Translations under genes and position numbers: made by a program
Notes under the pieces: model-generated
What the model saw: only the letters and a program-made list of their open reading frames with translations
Told to the model about the DNA's origin: nothing
Databases searched by the model: none
IMG/VR virus record: IMGVR_UViG_3300016667_000580
Span: 1 to 29,992 of that record
Origin: a virus
Taxonomy: Duplodnaviria; Caudoviricetes
Direction: 5' to 3' (one strand)
Length of the DNA: 29,992 nucleotides
In this document: positions 9,719 through 18,870 of the stretch, one piece after another
Layout: every line of letters starts with the position of its first letter
Numbering within the stretch: the stretch's first letter is position 1

Positions 9719-10552
9719 TCAGGCGTAAGCCGAACCGTCGTGCGTGATCTTCACAGCGCCCGCAGACTGCAACAGCTTTGAGCCCATGAAGATCGTGGTA
9801 CGCGCCCACGAGTAATCCTGTTCTGCGAAGTAGTCGGCCTTGGCGTCGATCTCGCCCACGTTCACCGCATGGCCGATAGCGTTGCGATGGAAGAAGTAGA
9901 GATATTCCGCCGACGTGCCGACGCCGGTGACAAGCGGGCTGACAATGAAGTTGAAGCCAGCCCAACGCAGCATCTTGCGAGCGGGACCGGCAAGCGGCTT
10001 CATCTCGACATACTGCGCATTGGCGAACTCGGTCGTCTGATGCAGATAGGCAATGAACGCGGGCGACACGACCGCGAACATGTTGTCGATCTCATCAATC
10101 GCAACCTGATTGTTACCGAGCTTGCTCATCGCCTTCATCACGACCTGAAGCGAGCCGGTCACAGTGCCGGAAATGCTCGAAGTCGTGTTGTAAAGCTCGC
10201 CAAGAATGTCGAGGTCGATGGCGCGATTGACCACCTTCATCGACGTTTCCTGCATGATGCGCTTGCCGTCACCCTGCGAGGCGAACAGGTTGAACCCGGT
10301 CTTGCGAACAAGGTCGTGCTGTTCAACGAGGGTGGCGCTCGCCTGAGTGAGCGAGTCCGCACGGGCGGGGATCAGACCGTTAACGCCGCGCGTCACGGTG
10401 GAGGCGGAACCGGACGACGCCACGAGGAAGGTCGCCGTGTTGCCCTTGATAACCGCTTCATTCACGCAGCAATTGCGAAGCAGCGACGTGCCCGCTTCGA
10501 ACCCTGCGACATACTCCTGACGGTACTGGACCTGAAAAGCTGTATCAGCCAT
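9719..10552 (-). CDS. Major capsid protein
   Basis: 277 aa; MADTAFQVQYRQEYVAGFE...TRGVNGLIPAR resembles alphaproteobacterial podovirus capsids; follows the scaffold gene. Confidence 0.85.
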   Translation of the reverse strand: MADTAFQVQYRQEYVAGFEAGTSLLRNCCVNEAVIKGNTATFLVASSGSASTVTRGVNGLIPARADSLTQASATLVEQHDLVRKTGFNLFASQGDGKRIMQETSMKVVNRAIDLDILGELYNTTSSISGTVTGSLQVVMKAMSKLGNNQVAIDEIDNMFAVVSPAFIAYLHQTTEFANAQYVEMKPLAGPARKMLRWAGFNFIVSPLVTGVGTSAEYLYFFHRNAIGHAVNVGEIDAKADYFAEQDYSWARTTIFMGSKLLQSAGAVKITHDGSAYA

Positions 10553-10592
10553 TTTGACACCTGTTGAGATTGGTTCAGGTGCCGAGAACTCC

Positions 10593-10720
10593 GGTTGTCC
10601 TCAGAGGTCATGCAGGGTTGTCCCGCGCCGATGACGCAGGGGCCTTTATGAAATCCAAGGGGCTTTGTTTCGACGGGTTTGGTCGGTCGTTTGCCGGGGC
10701 CGCGTGGCGGGTTGTCCGGC
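10593..10720 (-). ncRNA. Structured cis-regulatory leader of the capsid gene with three copies of one internal-loop motif
   Basis: GGACAACC occurs three times (plus-strand ggttgtcc at 10593, 10616, 10710). Each can pair with an RGCCCC (plus-strand ggggcy at 10659, 10639, 10696) inside a supporting helix. Confidence 0.6.
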
Positions 10721-10736
10721 TAATGGACCGTTATTG

Positions 10737-11690
10737 TCAGGCCGCGTTGCGGCGCTGCAAATTCTGTTCGGCGTTGAATAGCTCGCGCCATTCTGCCTGT
10801 AGATCGTTGGCCTGCGGGCCGCGCCAATAGGCAGACGACTTGTCGGCCATCATGCCTTCAAGTTCTGCCTTGCGGGCCGCAATGGTCTTGGCGGGGTTCG
10901 CGCCGGGCGGGATCAATGTCGAGACCGGGTTTACTTCGAGAGCAACGCCAGCCATCCATTTCAGGAAGCCCGGATCGTCCCCAAGCTTCTTGCCATCAGG
11001 AGTGCGGGCCGATTGCAGGCGGTCGATGAAGTCCTGCGGCTGGCCTGCAAGAAAATTGCGAACCGCGTTCATGTTGCGGTTATAGTCGCCGCCCCATTCC
11101 TGTCCAAGCTCGCGGGCCGTCTGAACCTGAAAGTCCGCGTCAAACTGTGCGCGGGCCTTCATCTGGTTGTCGAGCGTCTTGTAATACCATTCCATCGCCT
11201 TGGACATTTGCGCGGGCGTCATATCCGCCTGCTGCGCATATTTGGCGAAATCATCAGCCAACGGCTTGTCGGCTTCCCCGAGAACCATGCCTTCGGGCAG
11301 CGTCAGCTTTTCGAAATAGCCTTCCGGGGTTTCGGGGATGCCATTGTCCTTGCGCCATGCAGCAAGTGCCTCATCGCCAGCATCGGCGGCGGGCTTGCCG
11401 GGCTTCAGTTCTCCCGAGGACAGGCGCTTCTCGGCTTCACGATAGGACTTGAAGATCGAAGCCGGATCGGGGAAGCGTTCCAAACGCTTGAGTGCGTCTT
11501 TGTCATCGCCAGCCATTTTGACGCGCCAGTCGTCAGGCCATGCAGGAGCCGCAGGGGCGGGTGTGGCGACAGGAGACGGGGCAACCTCAGCACCAGTAGC
11601 CAGACTTGTCGGAGCGGGGGCAGGAGCAGCCGCAGGCGCGACGGCGGGGGCATTCGTTTCAGGAGCGGCGACGGGCGCGGCTTCACTCAT
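10737..11690 (-). CDS. Capsid scaffolding protein
   Basis: 317 aa; Ala/Pro-rich N-terminus, helical acidic body (LGQEWGGDYNRN), C-terminal AYW motif; directly upstream of the capsid gene. Confidence 0.8.
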   Translation of the reverse strand: MSEAAPVAAPETNAPAVAPAAAPAPAPTSLATGAEVAPSPVATPAPAAPAWPDDWRVKMAGDDKDALKRLERFPDPASIFKSYREAEKRLSSGELKPGKPAADAGDEALAAWRKDNGIPETPEGYFEKLTLPEGMVLGEADKPLADDFAKYAQQADMTPAQMSKAMEWYYKTLDNQMKARAQFDADFQVQTARELGQEWGGDYNRNMNAVRNFLAGQPQDFIDRLQSARTPDGKKLGDDPGFLKWMAGVALEVNPVSTLIPPGANPAKTIAARKAELEGMMADKSSAYWRGPQANDLQAEWRELFNAEQNLQRRNAA

Positions 11691-12028
11691 GCAGTAGCAT
11701 CCTCATTCGGCCCGCCATCCGCCTCGACAGGCAAGGGCCGGTTGCTCGGTTTCAGTTTGTCAGGCGGCATGTTGACGAGTTTGACGATCTGCAAAGCCAC
11801 ATGGCGCTTGCCGTTCGCAAAGTCTGTGTCCCTTGCGTCGGGGAAATGCGTCGGGCTGTAATTTCCGCAAACCGTATTGACGATCCACGCCAGCGCGCGT
11901 TGCTGCTGCGCAGCGTCGGCTTCCCCTTTGGAGAGCGCCTGAATAGCGAATGCGTCCCGTTCCGTCCAGATAGCAGGGTGCCACGGGCGGTGTTCAGGAA
12001 CAGTCGGCTTTTTCAATTGAACTCCCAA
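11687..12028 (-). CDS. Conserved phage protein between portal and scaffold (Bbp19-like)
   Basis: 113 aa; QQQRALAWIV...TDFANGKRHVALQIVKL resembles the T.F.EG.R.V motif family found at this position. Confidence 0.65.
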   Translation of the reverse strand: MGVQLKKPTVPEHRPWHPAIWTERDAFAIQALSKGEADAAQQQRALAWIVNTVCGNYSPTHFPDARDTDFANGKRHVALQIVKLVNMPPDKLKPSNRPLPVEADGGPNEDATA

Positions 12029-12378
12029 ACCCGCGTGGCTTTGCCAGTATCCGGGTCGGTTATCAGCGTGAATTCATCTTCCGATTTTGGAGGCGCAATC
12101 TCACCATCCATGATCGGAAGCGCCTTGGGTTTCACATGAAACGCAGCCGGAGGCTCGTAAAGCGTTTCGAACAGGTCGGCGTTCAAAACCTGAATACGCT
12201 TGCCGGGCTTGACGATCCAATCGCCGTTGCTGACGATATGGGTTCCAACCTTGATCTGATCGCCCTTGAAGGTCACAGAACAGCCAGACCATTTGGCAAT
12301 CTGTTGCGCGCATTCGGCTGACCCATCGTAACGGATGGCTTCATGCCGGGCGGATCGGAGAACAGCGGTTTGCGTCAC
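12013..12378 (-). CDS. Hypothetical phage protein of the GDWIVK...FETLYE motif family
   Basis: 121 aa; EAIRY...GDWIVK...DLFETLYE resembles a widespread small phage family; ATGA-type overlap with the upstream gene. Confidence 0.65.
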   Translation of the reverse strand: MTQTAVLRSARHEAIRYDGSAECAQQIAKWSGCSVTFKGDQIKVGTHIVSNGDWIVKPGKRIQVLNADLFETLYEPPAAFHVKPKALPIMDGEIAPPKSEDEFTLITDPDTGKATRVWEFN

Positions 12379-12593
12379 GGCACAATCACCCGCTTTGCCA
12401 ATTCAATTAGGATCATGCTTTCGCCAGCGCCGGTCGTCCCCGCAACATACATCTGTCCGTCTGACTGTTGGCCGACTATCAGCAATCGGTCAAAAGCATG
12501 ACCTTTCGCAGCATCGAGGATTTTATCAGCATCAAGACGAACACCGTCGCCAATCTCAACCAACTGCAATTGCACCACGTTGCTTTCTGTCAC
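12375..12593 (-). CDS. Hypothetical protein
   Basis: 72 aa; 4-bp overlaps with both neighbours. Confidence 0.65.
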   Translation of the reverse strand: MTESNVVQLQLVEIGDGVRLDADKILDAAKGHAFDRLLIVGQQSDGQMYVAGTTGAGESMILIELAKRVIVP

Positions 12594-14263
12594 GCTGCCT
12601 GCGCTCCCGGCATAATTCCGCCAGCCTGCAACGCCTGAGCCGCGCCGCCGACCTTGCCTGCTACATCCGCACCCTGAGAAACCATTGCAGCTATATTCTG
12701 CATCGCGGCTTGTTGAGCATCGGCCTGCGCCAGAGCATCAACATCCTCATCCGAGTTAAGCCACGTCGCCTGAGCGCCAGCGCCGTCCAGAGCATCACGT
12801 AGAGCCGTGCGGGCCTTGAGAATATGCCGGGACGACGGATCGAGTTGCGCCGCCATCGCAAGCAGATTGGCCGATTCCTGAAACGCCTGAACATTGGCTC
12901 TAGACTGAGCGCCTTGGATCGGGCTTTCGAACGCAAACTTGATTTCCTGCCCGCGCAGGATTTGCGGCATGTTCTCGCGCAGCGACCCGAAGGCGTTGTT
13001 GCGCATGAGGATATTGAAATTCAACTCGCACAGGGCCGCGTTGTATTCCGTTTCCATCGGCTCGAACAAAGGCAGAGCGCGACGGATATATTCCTCGAAC
13101 ATCTTCTGGTACTGATAGGCCGTCACATCCCCCTTCATGTCGGGGGCTTGGATATCGTCCAGAAAGAATGCTTTCTTGATCTGCAATTCGATCCGGTCGT
13201 GGAGATTATCGCCCCACGGGATGCCGCCACGATCAATCGCCAGAGGCCGCAGGCCATCGCCTAGCCGTTCGTCATACTCGTAATCAAGCCACGTAATGCC
13301 GCCAGCAAACGTGTTGACGCCACCCTGCACCACTTCCGACTGCGCTATCAGCGGCGGATCAACTGACTTCTGACCGGCTTCCAGCAGCGTTAGGCTGATC
13401 TGTTGCAACATGCGGGCGTCCGCAATCGCAACCACCGTCGCGGGGCTATGAGCGTACTGCGAACCCGAAACCGTCTGCCAGCGCGGGATGACATATCCCA
13501 ACTCATGCGCGCCGACTTCCTCAAGGATGGTCTCGTTATCAACGTCAATGTAGATCGACACGTAAGGCAGGCGCTTGCCTTTGCGGGTATCTTCGCCGGT
13601 CGGGCTTTCGTACTCATCCCGTGGCAGAACGATGTGCCTGCACTTGGTATCCTTGGCGGGGTCTTTCTCAGCCGCTTCCTTGGTCGGCGGCGCGACGTTC
13701 TTGAACAGCTTCACCAGATTGCGAGCGGCGATTTTCCAGTCACGATGAATGTGATTGGTGCGCTGTTCCGCATCTTCCAGCCAGACCACATCGCGCAGAT
13801 GGTGGCACAGATGGAGAAGTCCGTCGCGGTTCTGGTTCTCCCGAACCTGAATGATGCCCTGCCCGAAGGTCACGAAATCGTTGTCGCATTCCTTGGTCGC
13901 GCGGAGGAACTTCGCATGGGGGTCATACATGAACCGCCATTGAATATCGGACGCCCAATCAAGCCACTTCTTGGCCGTGGCGTCCTTGTTCACCCGGTCC
14001 TCTGCCGTGCGGATACGGAACCACTTTTCGCCCCGAGGCCGCAGCATGGCTGACAGCGTGTTTGCCATGTCGCGCCGCGCCAGCACGGGAGCGCCGGTCA
14101 TCAGGTGAGAAGCAAACTCCGTTCCGATGGTGCGCTGAAAGAGAAAGTCCGCGCGCTCCGGGTAGAAGTTCATCGCCATGTCCTGCCAGATGGACATGAG
14201 CGGGCGACGGTCGTTGAACAGCTTGTCGCCGATTTCTCTCAGTTCGCGGACGCGGGCTTTCAA
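12590..14263 (-). CDS. Portal (head-to-tail connector, T7 gp8/BPP-1-like)
   Basis: Motifs FVTFGQG, YVIPRWQTVSGSQYAHSP, KSVDPPL and TAYQ. Preferred start is TTG 14263, just after the stop of the 77-aa gene; the track start at 14314 overlaps that gene. Confidence 0.9.
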   Translation of the reverse strand: MKARVRELREIGDKLFNDRRPLMSIWQDMAMNFYPERADFLFQRTIGTEFASHLMTGAPVLARRDMANTLSAMLRPRGEKWFRIRTAEDRVNKDATAKKWLDWASDIQWRFMYDPHAKFLRATKECDNDFVTFGQGIIQVRENQNRDGLLHLCHHLRDVVWLEDAEQRTNHIHRDWKIAARNLVKLFKNVAPPTKEAAEKDPAKDTKCRHIVLPRDEYESPTGEDTRKGKRLPYVSIYIDVDNETILEEVGAHELGYVIPRWQTVSGSQYAHSPATVVAIADARMLQQISLTLLEAGQKSVDPPLIAQSEVVQGGVNTFAGGITWLDYEYDERLGDGLRPLAIDRGGIPWGDNLHDRIELQIKKAFFLDDIQAPDMKGDVTAYQYQKMFEEYIRRALPLFEPMETEYNAALCELNFNILMRNNAFGSLRENMPQILRGQEIKFAFESPIQGAQSRANVQAFQESANLLAMAAQLDPSSRHILKARTALRDALDGAGAQATWLNSDEDVDALAQADAQQAAMQNIAAMVSQGADVAGKVGGAAQALQAGGIMPGAQAA

Positions 14264-14267
14264 TCGC

Positions 14268-14501
14268 CTAGCCCCCGCCGAGCTTGTTGCCGCCGTAGGA
14301 ATCCGAGTTCCCACGATTGGCCGCAGGCGTACCAGAACCCGAACCAGTCAGAATGGTAGATGCACGACCGGCCCGGCTGGCAGCTTCCATTTCCGCCTTG
14401 CGCTTGGCTTCCAGAACCGCAGGGGAATTGCTGTCCGGCATAGGTGCAGGAGCAGCCGGAGGCGGCGGCGCTGGCATCTTGGGAGAAAACAGTCCAGACA
14501 T
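14268..14501 (-). CDS. Small Pro/Gly-rich virion protein (analogue of T7 gp7.3)
   Basis: MSGLFSPKMPAPPPP...GRASTILTG...KLGGG; typical of the gene immediately before podovirus portals. Confidence 0.75.
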   Translation of the reverse strand: MSGLFSPKMPAPPPPAAPAPMPDSNSPAVLEAKRKAEMEAASRAGRASTILTGSGSGTPAANRGNSDSYGGNKLGGG

Positions 14502-16082
14502 TCAGTGCTTCCCGTAATAGCTCTTGACCTGACCGTGGCCCACATTGGCCCGCGTCTGCATACCGCGAGAGGCCGCAAGGTTTGATTTGTGGGCTTTCTT
14601 CTCGGCTATCTGGCCTTCCGCCAGGCACATCACGACAGCATCGCCCTTGCCGGTTGATCGCCCAATGCGGTCGCGGATATCTTCTTTTGACTCGATTTTG
14701 ATCTTGAGCATGTCCGGCTGGTACGTCGGAGCAGCAAGATCAGCCCTCAATTCCGGGTCTGGCGGCAAAGCGATGATAGACCCGCCCTCTTGATCTGGGT
14801 CCAGAGCTTCGCGAAACCTCCACCATGCTTCGGCACGTTTGTTCAGGAATACGCGGCCAGAACCATCCTTGGCTCGGCCCGTCGATGCGCCAGCATTGTT
14901 AAACTTGACGACTGGAATCCCGTTGTCGTTCATCCGCAGAACGACAGCACCACCATACCCGCCGCCAACGTCCACAATGACAGGACAGCCGTCCTTGCGG
15001 TGCTTGAGCAAAGTCGCCGCAGCGAATGCCCCATCCGCCGTCTCAGCACCTTTTTCCGTGATGCAGGGGCTAAACCATCCACCGTACCGGTAGGACACTT
15101 CCTGTGCGTCTTTGCCGCCACCAGCCGGGTCAATTGCAATTGCCGTCATAGCCAGCCCCCGCCAGCCATCCGGCTTCCATCTGTTCTGCGCTTCGACAAT
15201 CCATTGGGTCGGGATGACCTGACATGGATTGTCCTTGAGGCCTACCGAGAAATCTCCATCACGATAGGCTCTTCGCAATTCGTCCGGCAGCGCCGCCAGA
15301 GTGGCCGCATAATCCGCTGTCTGAAACGGATTGTCGCTCAGTTTGGCCGGGATAAACGTTCGCGACCTTGCTTTGACCGGCTCCGGCTCACCCTCGATCA
15401 CATGCGGGCCGGGACCATCAACTTCCGTATCAACGCCTGCAATGGTGGTAAACCAACGCAATTCACCCGGTCTTGCGGGGTTCGGATGTGTCCGATCCAG
15501 CCACGGAGCCCAATGCTTGATGACCCACTGACCTTCCGTTGTGGTCGGCGGGTTTGATGTAACCAGTACGCGGCACCGCTGGTTTGGGTCGCTTGAGCGG
15601 TTCCACCCGATGATGAACCGATACTGACTTTCCAGAAAGTCGGTCCCTTCATCGAAGACGATCAGGTCGTGCGGATCGCCCTTAAACCGCTGTTTGTCGT
15701 CCTCCATCTCGCAGCCTGCAATGTCGATGTGCCGACCATCCGATGTGATGAACCGTTGAAGCTGCCCGTTATATCCATCGTCGCCGGAATAGAATTCCTT
15801 GACGAACGGGACGATCTTGACCGCATCCTTGTTGATGCGGCGCAGGATCAGCGAACGTTTATGCTGTGTGATGGCGAGGCCGATGGCAAGGGCTGTTTTG
15901 CCCCCGCCAGCCTGCCCGCCATAGAACGTTTCGTCTGCTTGGCTAAAGAAAGCATCGGATTGAGGTCCGGGGTTCGGAACCCACCGCCACTTGCGAGTGA
16001 CGGCCATAATTTCCTTTGCTTCCTTTGGCTTGTCTTTCTCTGGCGCACCGTTGATGCGCGCCAGAAGTTCATCGAGCAGCAA
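14502..16082 (-). CDS. terL: Terminase large subunit
   Basis: Walker A YGGQAGGGKT, Walker B LIVFDE, coupling motif TSNP, nuclease motifs AIDPAGGGKD and GDAVVM. Confidence 0.93.
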   Translation of the reverse strand: MLLDELLARINGAPEKDKPKEAKEIMAVTRKWRWVPNPGPQSDAFFSQADETFYGGQAGGGKTALAIGLAITQHKRSLILRRINKDAVKIVPFVKEFYSGDDGYNGQLQRFITSDGRHIDIAGCEMEDDKQRFKGDPHDLIVFDEGTDFLESQYRFIIGWNRSSDPNQRCRVLVTSNPPTTTEGQWVIKHWAPWLDRTHPNPARPGELRWFTTIAGVDTEVDGPGPHVIEGEPEPVKARSRTFIPAKLSDNPFQTADYAATLAALPDELRRAYRDGDFSVGLKDNPCQVIPTQWIVEAQNRWKPDGWRGLAMTAIAIDPAGGGKDAQEVSYRYGGWFSPCITEKGAETADGAFAAATLLKHRKDGCPVIVDVGGGYGGAVVLRMNDNGIPVVKFNNAGASTGRAKDGSGRVFLNKRAEAWWRFREALDPDQEGGSIIALPPDPELRADLAAPTYQPDMLKIKIESKEDIRDRIGRSTGKGDAVVMCLAEGQIAEKKAHKSNLAASRGMQTRANVGHGQVKSYYGKH

Positions 16083-16097
16083 GCGCTAACCTATGAA

Positions 16098-16556
16098 TTA
16101 GCCGTAGTTGGCCGTCGCCAGCGTAATTCCGACAACAGTCCGCTCGGAACCCGGAACGGACGCGCAGACCTTGAATGCGGTCTTGGCCGTGTCAGTGATT
16201 GAGAGGATATAAACGCCCGTCGCCAGCGTCTGGACCATCAGGGCTTTCTTGGAAGTCAGCGTTCCGAAGTCAGCGCCGGAGGACGCCTTTGCAGCCACCG
16301 CACCCGAGGCCGTCGTGGCCGTCAGGCCCGCGCCCGTGGTGGCGTCAGACAGCCAGATGTTCATGACCCAAGGGGCGGCGCATGTATTGCCTTCCCAATC
16401 GACCACGGTCATCGTCACTTCAGTCACGTTGGTCGTGCCAGCCGCAGCCGTCATCGTCACCGTGTAGGGCTGACCCGCACCAATCGGGTTGTTGCTCGGA
16501 TCAAGGCCAAAGCGCCGACCGTGGAGGGAAGGCGTCATATTTGTCTGTTGGGGCAT
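16098..16556 (-). CDS. Thr/Ala-rich beta-type protein, probable virion decoration
   Basis: 152 aa with AGGAG RBS; composition typical of structural beta-sandwich proteins. Confidence 0.6.
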   Translation of the reverse strand: MPQQTNMTPSLHGRRFGLDPSNNPIGAGQPYTVTMTAAAGTTNVTEVTMTVVDWEGNTCAAPWVMNIWLSDATTGAGLTATTASGAVAAKASSGADFGTLTSKKALMVQTLATGVYILSITDTAKTAFKVCASVPGSERTVVGITLATANYG

Positions 16557-16692
16557 GCTCTACTCCTGCTGTTTGCTAGTTGCTTGGGGAGGTTGATCGG
16601 CTTAGGCTTCCCCTGCGGCGATCAGCGCATTGTTGATGAACAAGAGTTTCGTGAGGGCCATGCGGGCAGAATGTGCCGCGCTGCCCCCACCA

Positions 16693-16896
16693 TCAACGCA
16701 CCTTGCGGGTCCGCTTTACGGACGATTCCGACGCTTGTTCGGCGGGTTTCCCTGCCAGCAGAGCATCCCTTACGCGACAGTAGGCGTTGATCGCGCCTTC
16801 CGGGTCCGGGCCGCGCAGCAGTTCGCGCAAGCCTTCTCGCATCAGATCAAGGCAGGCCTGCGCATCAGCGGCGGGCAATTCAGGCTTGATAATCAT
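16693..16896 (-). CDS. Hypothetical protein
   Basis: 67 aa; ATGA overlap with the upstream gene. Confidence 0.55.
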   Translation of the reverse strand: MIIKPELPAADAQACLDLMREGLRELLRGPDPEGAINAYCRVRDALLAGKPAEQASESSVKRTRKVR

Positions 16897-17099
16897 TCGA
16901 GGCCCGCTGCTTTCATTTTAACCGCGCGCTCCGCCATGTCGGCCCATGAGTCAGCCGCCGAAACAGCAACGAACATGATATAAGCTTCGTTGGTTTCGAT
17001 GGGGTTGTCTGGATTGTCACGGTTATACAGCGCGCGGGCGTATTCGACGCCAGCCACACGGCGGTCGGTATCGACAGTTAGTTCAACCTTGATGGCCAT
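16893..17099 (-). CDS. Hypothetical protein (possible fibre partner or chaperone)
   Basis: 68 aa with GAGGG RBS, directly after the fibre-like gene. Confidence 0.6.
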   Translation of the reverse strand: MAIKVELTVDTDRRVAGVEYARALYNRDNPDNPIETNEAYIMFVAVSAADSWADMAERAVKMKAAGLE

Positions 17100-17106
17100 T
17101 TTACCC

Positions 17107-17898
17107 TCACGGATTGGCGCACAGGACGCGAACGGCAGTCCCGTTGGAGTCGTACATGGTGATGTAGCCGGTAGCGGCAGGAGCTCCAGCGGAGTACGCG
17201 GTGTCAGTCGTAAGCTTGCCCATCAGAAAGGCATACGCGCTGTCATCTGCGAGCTTGGCCTGAATGTAGGTGGTGGACCGTTTCAGCGCTGGGAAGCTCG
17301 AAGTTGTGCCGCCGAACTTCAGCATACCGAAGTTGTTTGCCGCTCCGTTGTAAAGTCGAATGTTTCCGTCGCCATCATCAAAGATGGATGCGTAGGATGT
17401 TCCGCTACGAGACAGAATGAACGCCGCTGCGTAGACATTGCTGCCAACATAAACCTGTCGAGGACGACCAGCAGAAGCGCTGGTACCAATGTCGTAGGCA
17501 TTATCTGTATTTGCCGCAAAATGCCCTGCTGAACTCATTGTCCAACGGGCGTTGTTGTTCGTAACAAACGAAAGCGAGCCTGTTCCTGTTGTTCCGAAAT
17601 AAAGAGGCCGATCAGAACCCGTACCGGCCTTTTCGACAAAAATACCGAAGCCCGTGATCCCCGTTCCCGCGTGGTCCGCGCCGACAAACAAACGTTCGTA
17701 GTTGCTGGCGTCTGTGTAGGTGCGGTAGATCAGTTTCGATTGGGCGATCGTGCCGTTGCGCTGTGCAAGGACGTTCGATGATTCGACCCAAACATTCGCC
17801 TCCCCAACAACGCCCGCGTTGTTGAACAGAATGCGCTTGTCAGTGCCTCCAATGATCGGAGCGCCGATGACCGTGTTGGAAGCGGGAGAGCGCAGCAT
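17107..17898 (-). CDS. Fibre-shaft-like structural protein
   Basis: Preferred start is ATG 17898 (MLRSPASN). LSFVTNNNARWTMSSAG and NTDNAYDIGTS..RPRQVYV resemble trimeric phage fibre shaft motifs. Confidence 0.6.
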   Translation of the reverse strand: MLRSPASNTVIGAPIIGGTDKRILFNNAGVVGEANVWVESSNVLAQRNGTIAQSKLIYRTYTDASNYERLFVGADHAGTGITGFGIFVEKAGTGSDRPLYFGTTGTGSLSFVTNNNARWTMSSAGHFAANTDNAYDIGTSASAGRPRQVYVGSNVYAAAFILSRSGTSYASIFDDGDGNIRLYNGAANNFGMLKFGGTTSSFPALKRSTTYIQAKLADDSAYAFLMGKLTTDTAYSAGAPAATGYITMYDSNGTAVRVLCANP

Positions 17899-17900
17899 CG

Positions 17901-18221
17901 TTACGCCCCCTGACCCGCCGTGAAATAGACCGTTGCCGTCGATGTGCTGGTGATGCAAGCAACCTTGGCCTGGCCCGGCAGGACGCCAAGGATTTCAATC
18001 GTACCCGGAGGGACTGGCATGTCAGTCACAAGAGCCACAACAGACGTGCCGCCGAACCGCAAGAACACGGTCTGAGGGCCTGCGTTGTACACCCGCACAG
18101 AGCCGCCCGGACCCGAGACGGCAGTCGGCAGAGTTACCGCGTCCGTGGTGGTCGTGGCGCTCAGGGATACCGTAGAGGCATCCAACGCGCATGGCGTGAA
18201 AACTTGGATTGCAGTAGCCAT
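17901..18221 (-). CDS. Small beta-sandwich phage protein, probably structural
   Basis: 106 aa; VRVYNAG..TVFLRFG...DMPVPPG; AAGGGG RBS. Confidence 0.65.
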   Translation of the reverse strand: MATAIQVFTPCALDASTVSLSATTTTDAVTLPTAVSGPGGSVRVYNAGPQTVFLRFGGTSVVALVTDMPVPPGTIEILGVLPGQAKVACITSTSTATVYFTAGQGA

Positions 18222-18322
18222 TTCGGCCCCTTTTCAACCACAGGTATGCGGAAATAGCGGGGTCAATTGTCTCAACCCCGGCTCAGCCGATACCCGATCT
18301 GTCAGATTGCAACTTTTGGTCG

Positions 18323-18844
18323 CTATTCAGCCTTGCTCTGAGCGCCCAACCGGAGCGCAAAGGCCAGCCGTCGAGCCAGTTCAAGCGGCGTGGCATCTAC
18401 CGTTTCGATAGGGCCGCCGTCCTTGCCGGTCATTTCCGATTTGTCAGCCAAGCCCAGATCACGGGCGATAATGTTGGCGTTCAGCAGGTCCGCAGCCGCG
18501 CCAGAGAACTTCTGTTCGCGGATAACCTCATCCACGCGCGTCGTGATTGGAACAAAATCGGGACGTTCGGCATACAAAAGCCACGTCCTGCGGTCCATAT
18601 CGAGGAACACGCACAGCCCGCCGATGGTCATAGCCCGCATCTTGCAGACCGGCTCGTGTGTCGTGACTCCCTGATAGGAGACAATTTTGTCTTCCCAGAG
18701 GGGGTTGTCCTCGACCCACTGGAAGTACTCGCAGCAGGCTTCCCATAGCTGTTCTGGCGTCTGGAAGATTGGTTTGCGGCCATGGCTGCTTCGGGTCTTC
18801 CAAAGCTGATTGCCCGGCTTGAATTGGGTGTTCTCAGACGGCAT
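18323..18844 (-). CDS. terS: Terminase small subunit, P22 gp3-like
   Basis: [35 protein letters not shown] and [22 protein letters not shown] match P22 gp3 as I recall it. Confidence 0.93.
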   Translation of the reverse strand: MPSENTQFKPGNQLWKTRSSHGRKPIFQTPEQLWEACCEYFQWVEDNPLWEDKIVSYQGVTTHEPVCKMRAMTIGGLCVFLDMDRRTWLLYAERPDFVPITTRVDEVIREQKFSGAAADLLNANIIARDLGLADKSEMTGKDGGPIETVDATPLELARRLAFALRLGAQSKAE

Positions 18845-18870
18845 CCGACTGCGGCTTCTTTGACAGCGCC

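Noticed and set aside
9660-9760. T7 10A/10B-style frameshift extension of the capsid protein
   Set aside because: No slippery heptamer seen near the stop, and the downstream 96-aa gene has its own RBS.
2106-16202. Many plus-strand ORFs of 60-280 aa across the virion block
   Set aside because: They lie opposite well-supported structural genes; such shadows are expected in GC-rich coding DNA.
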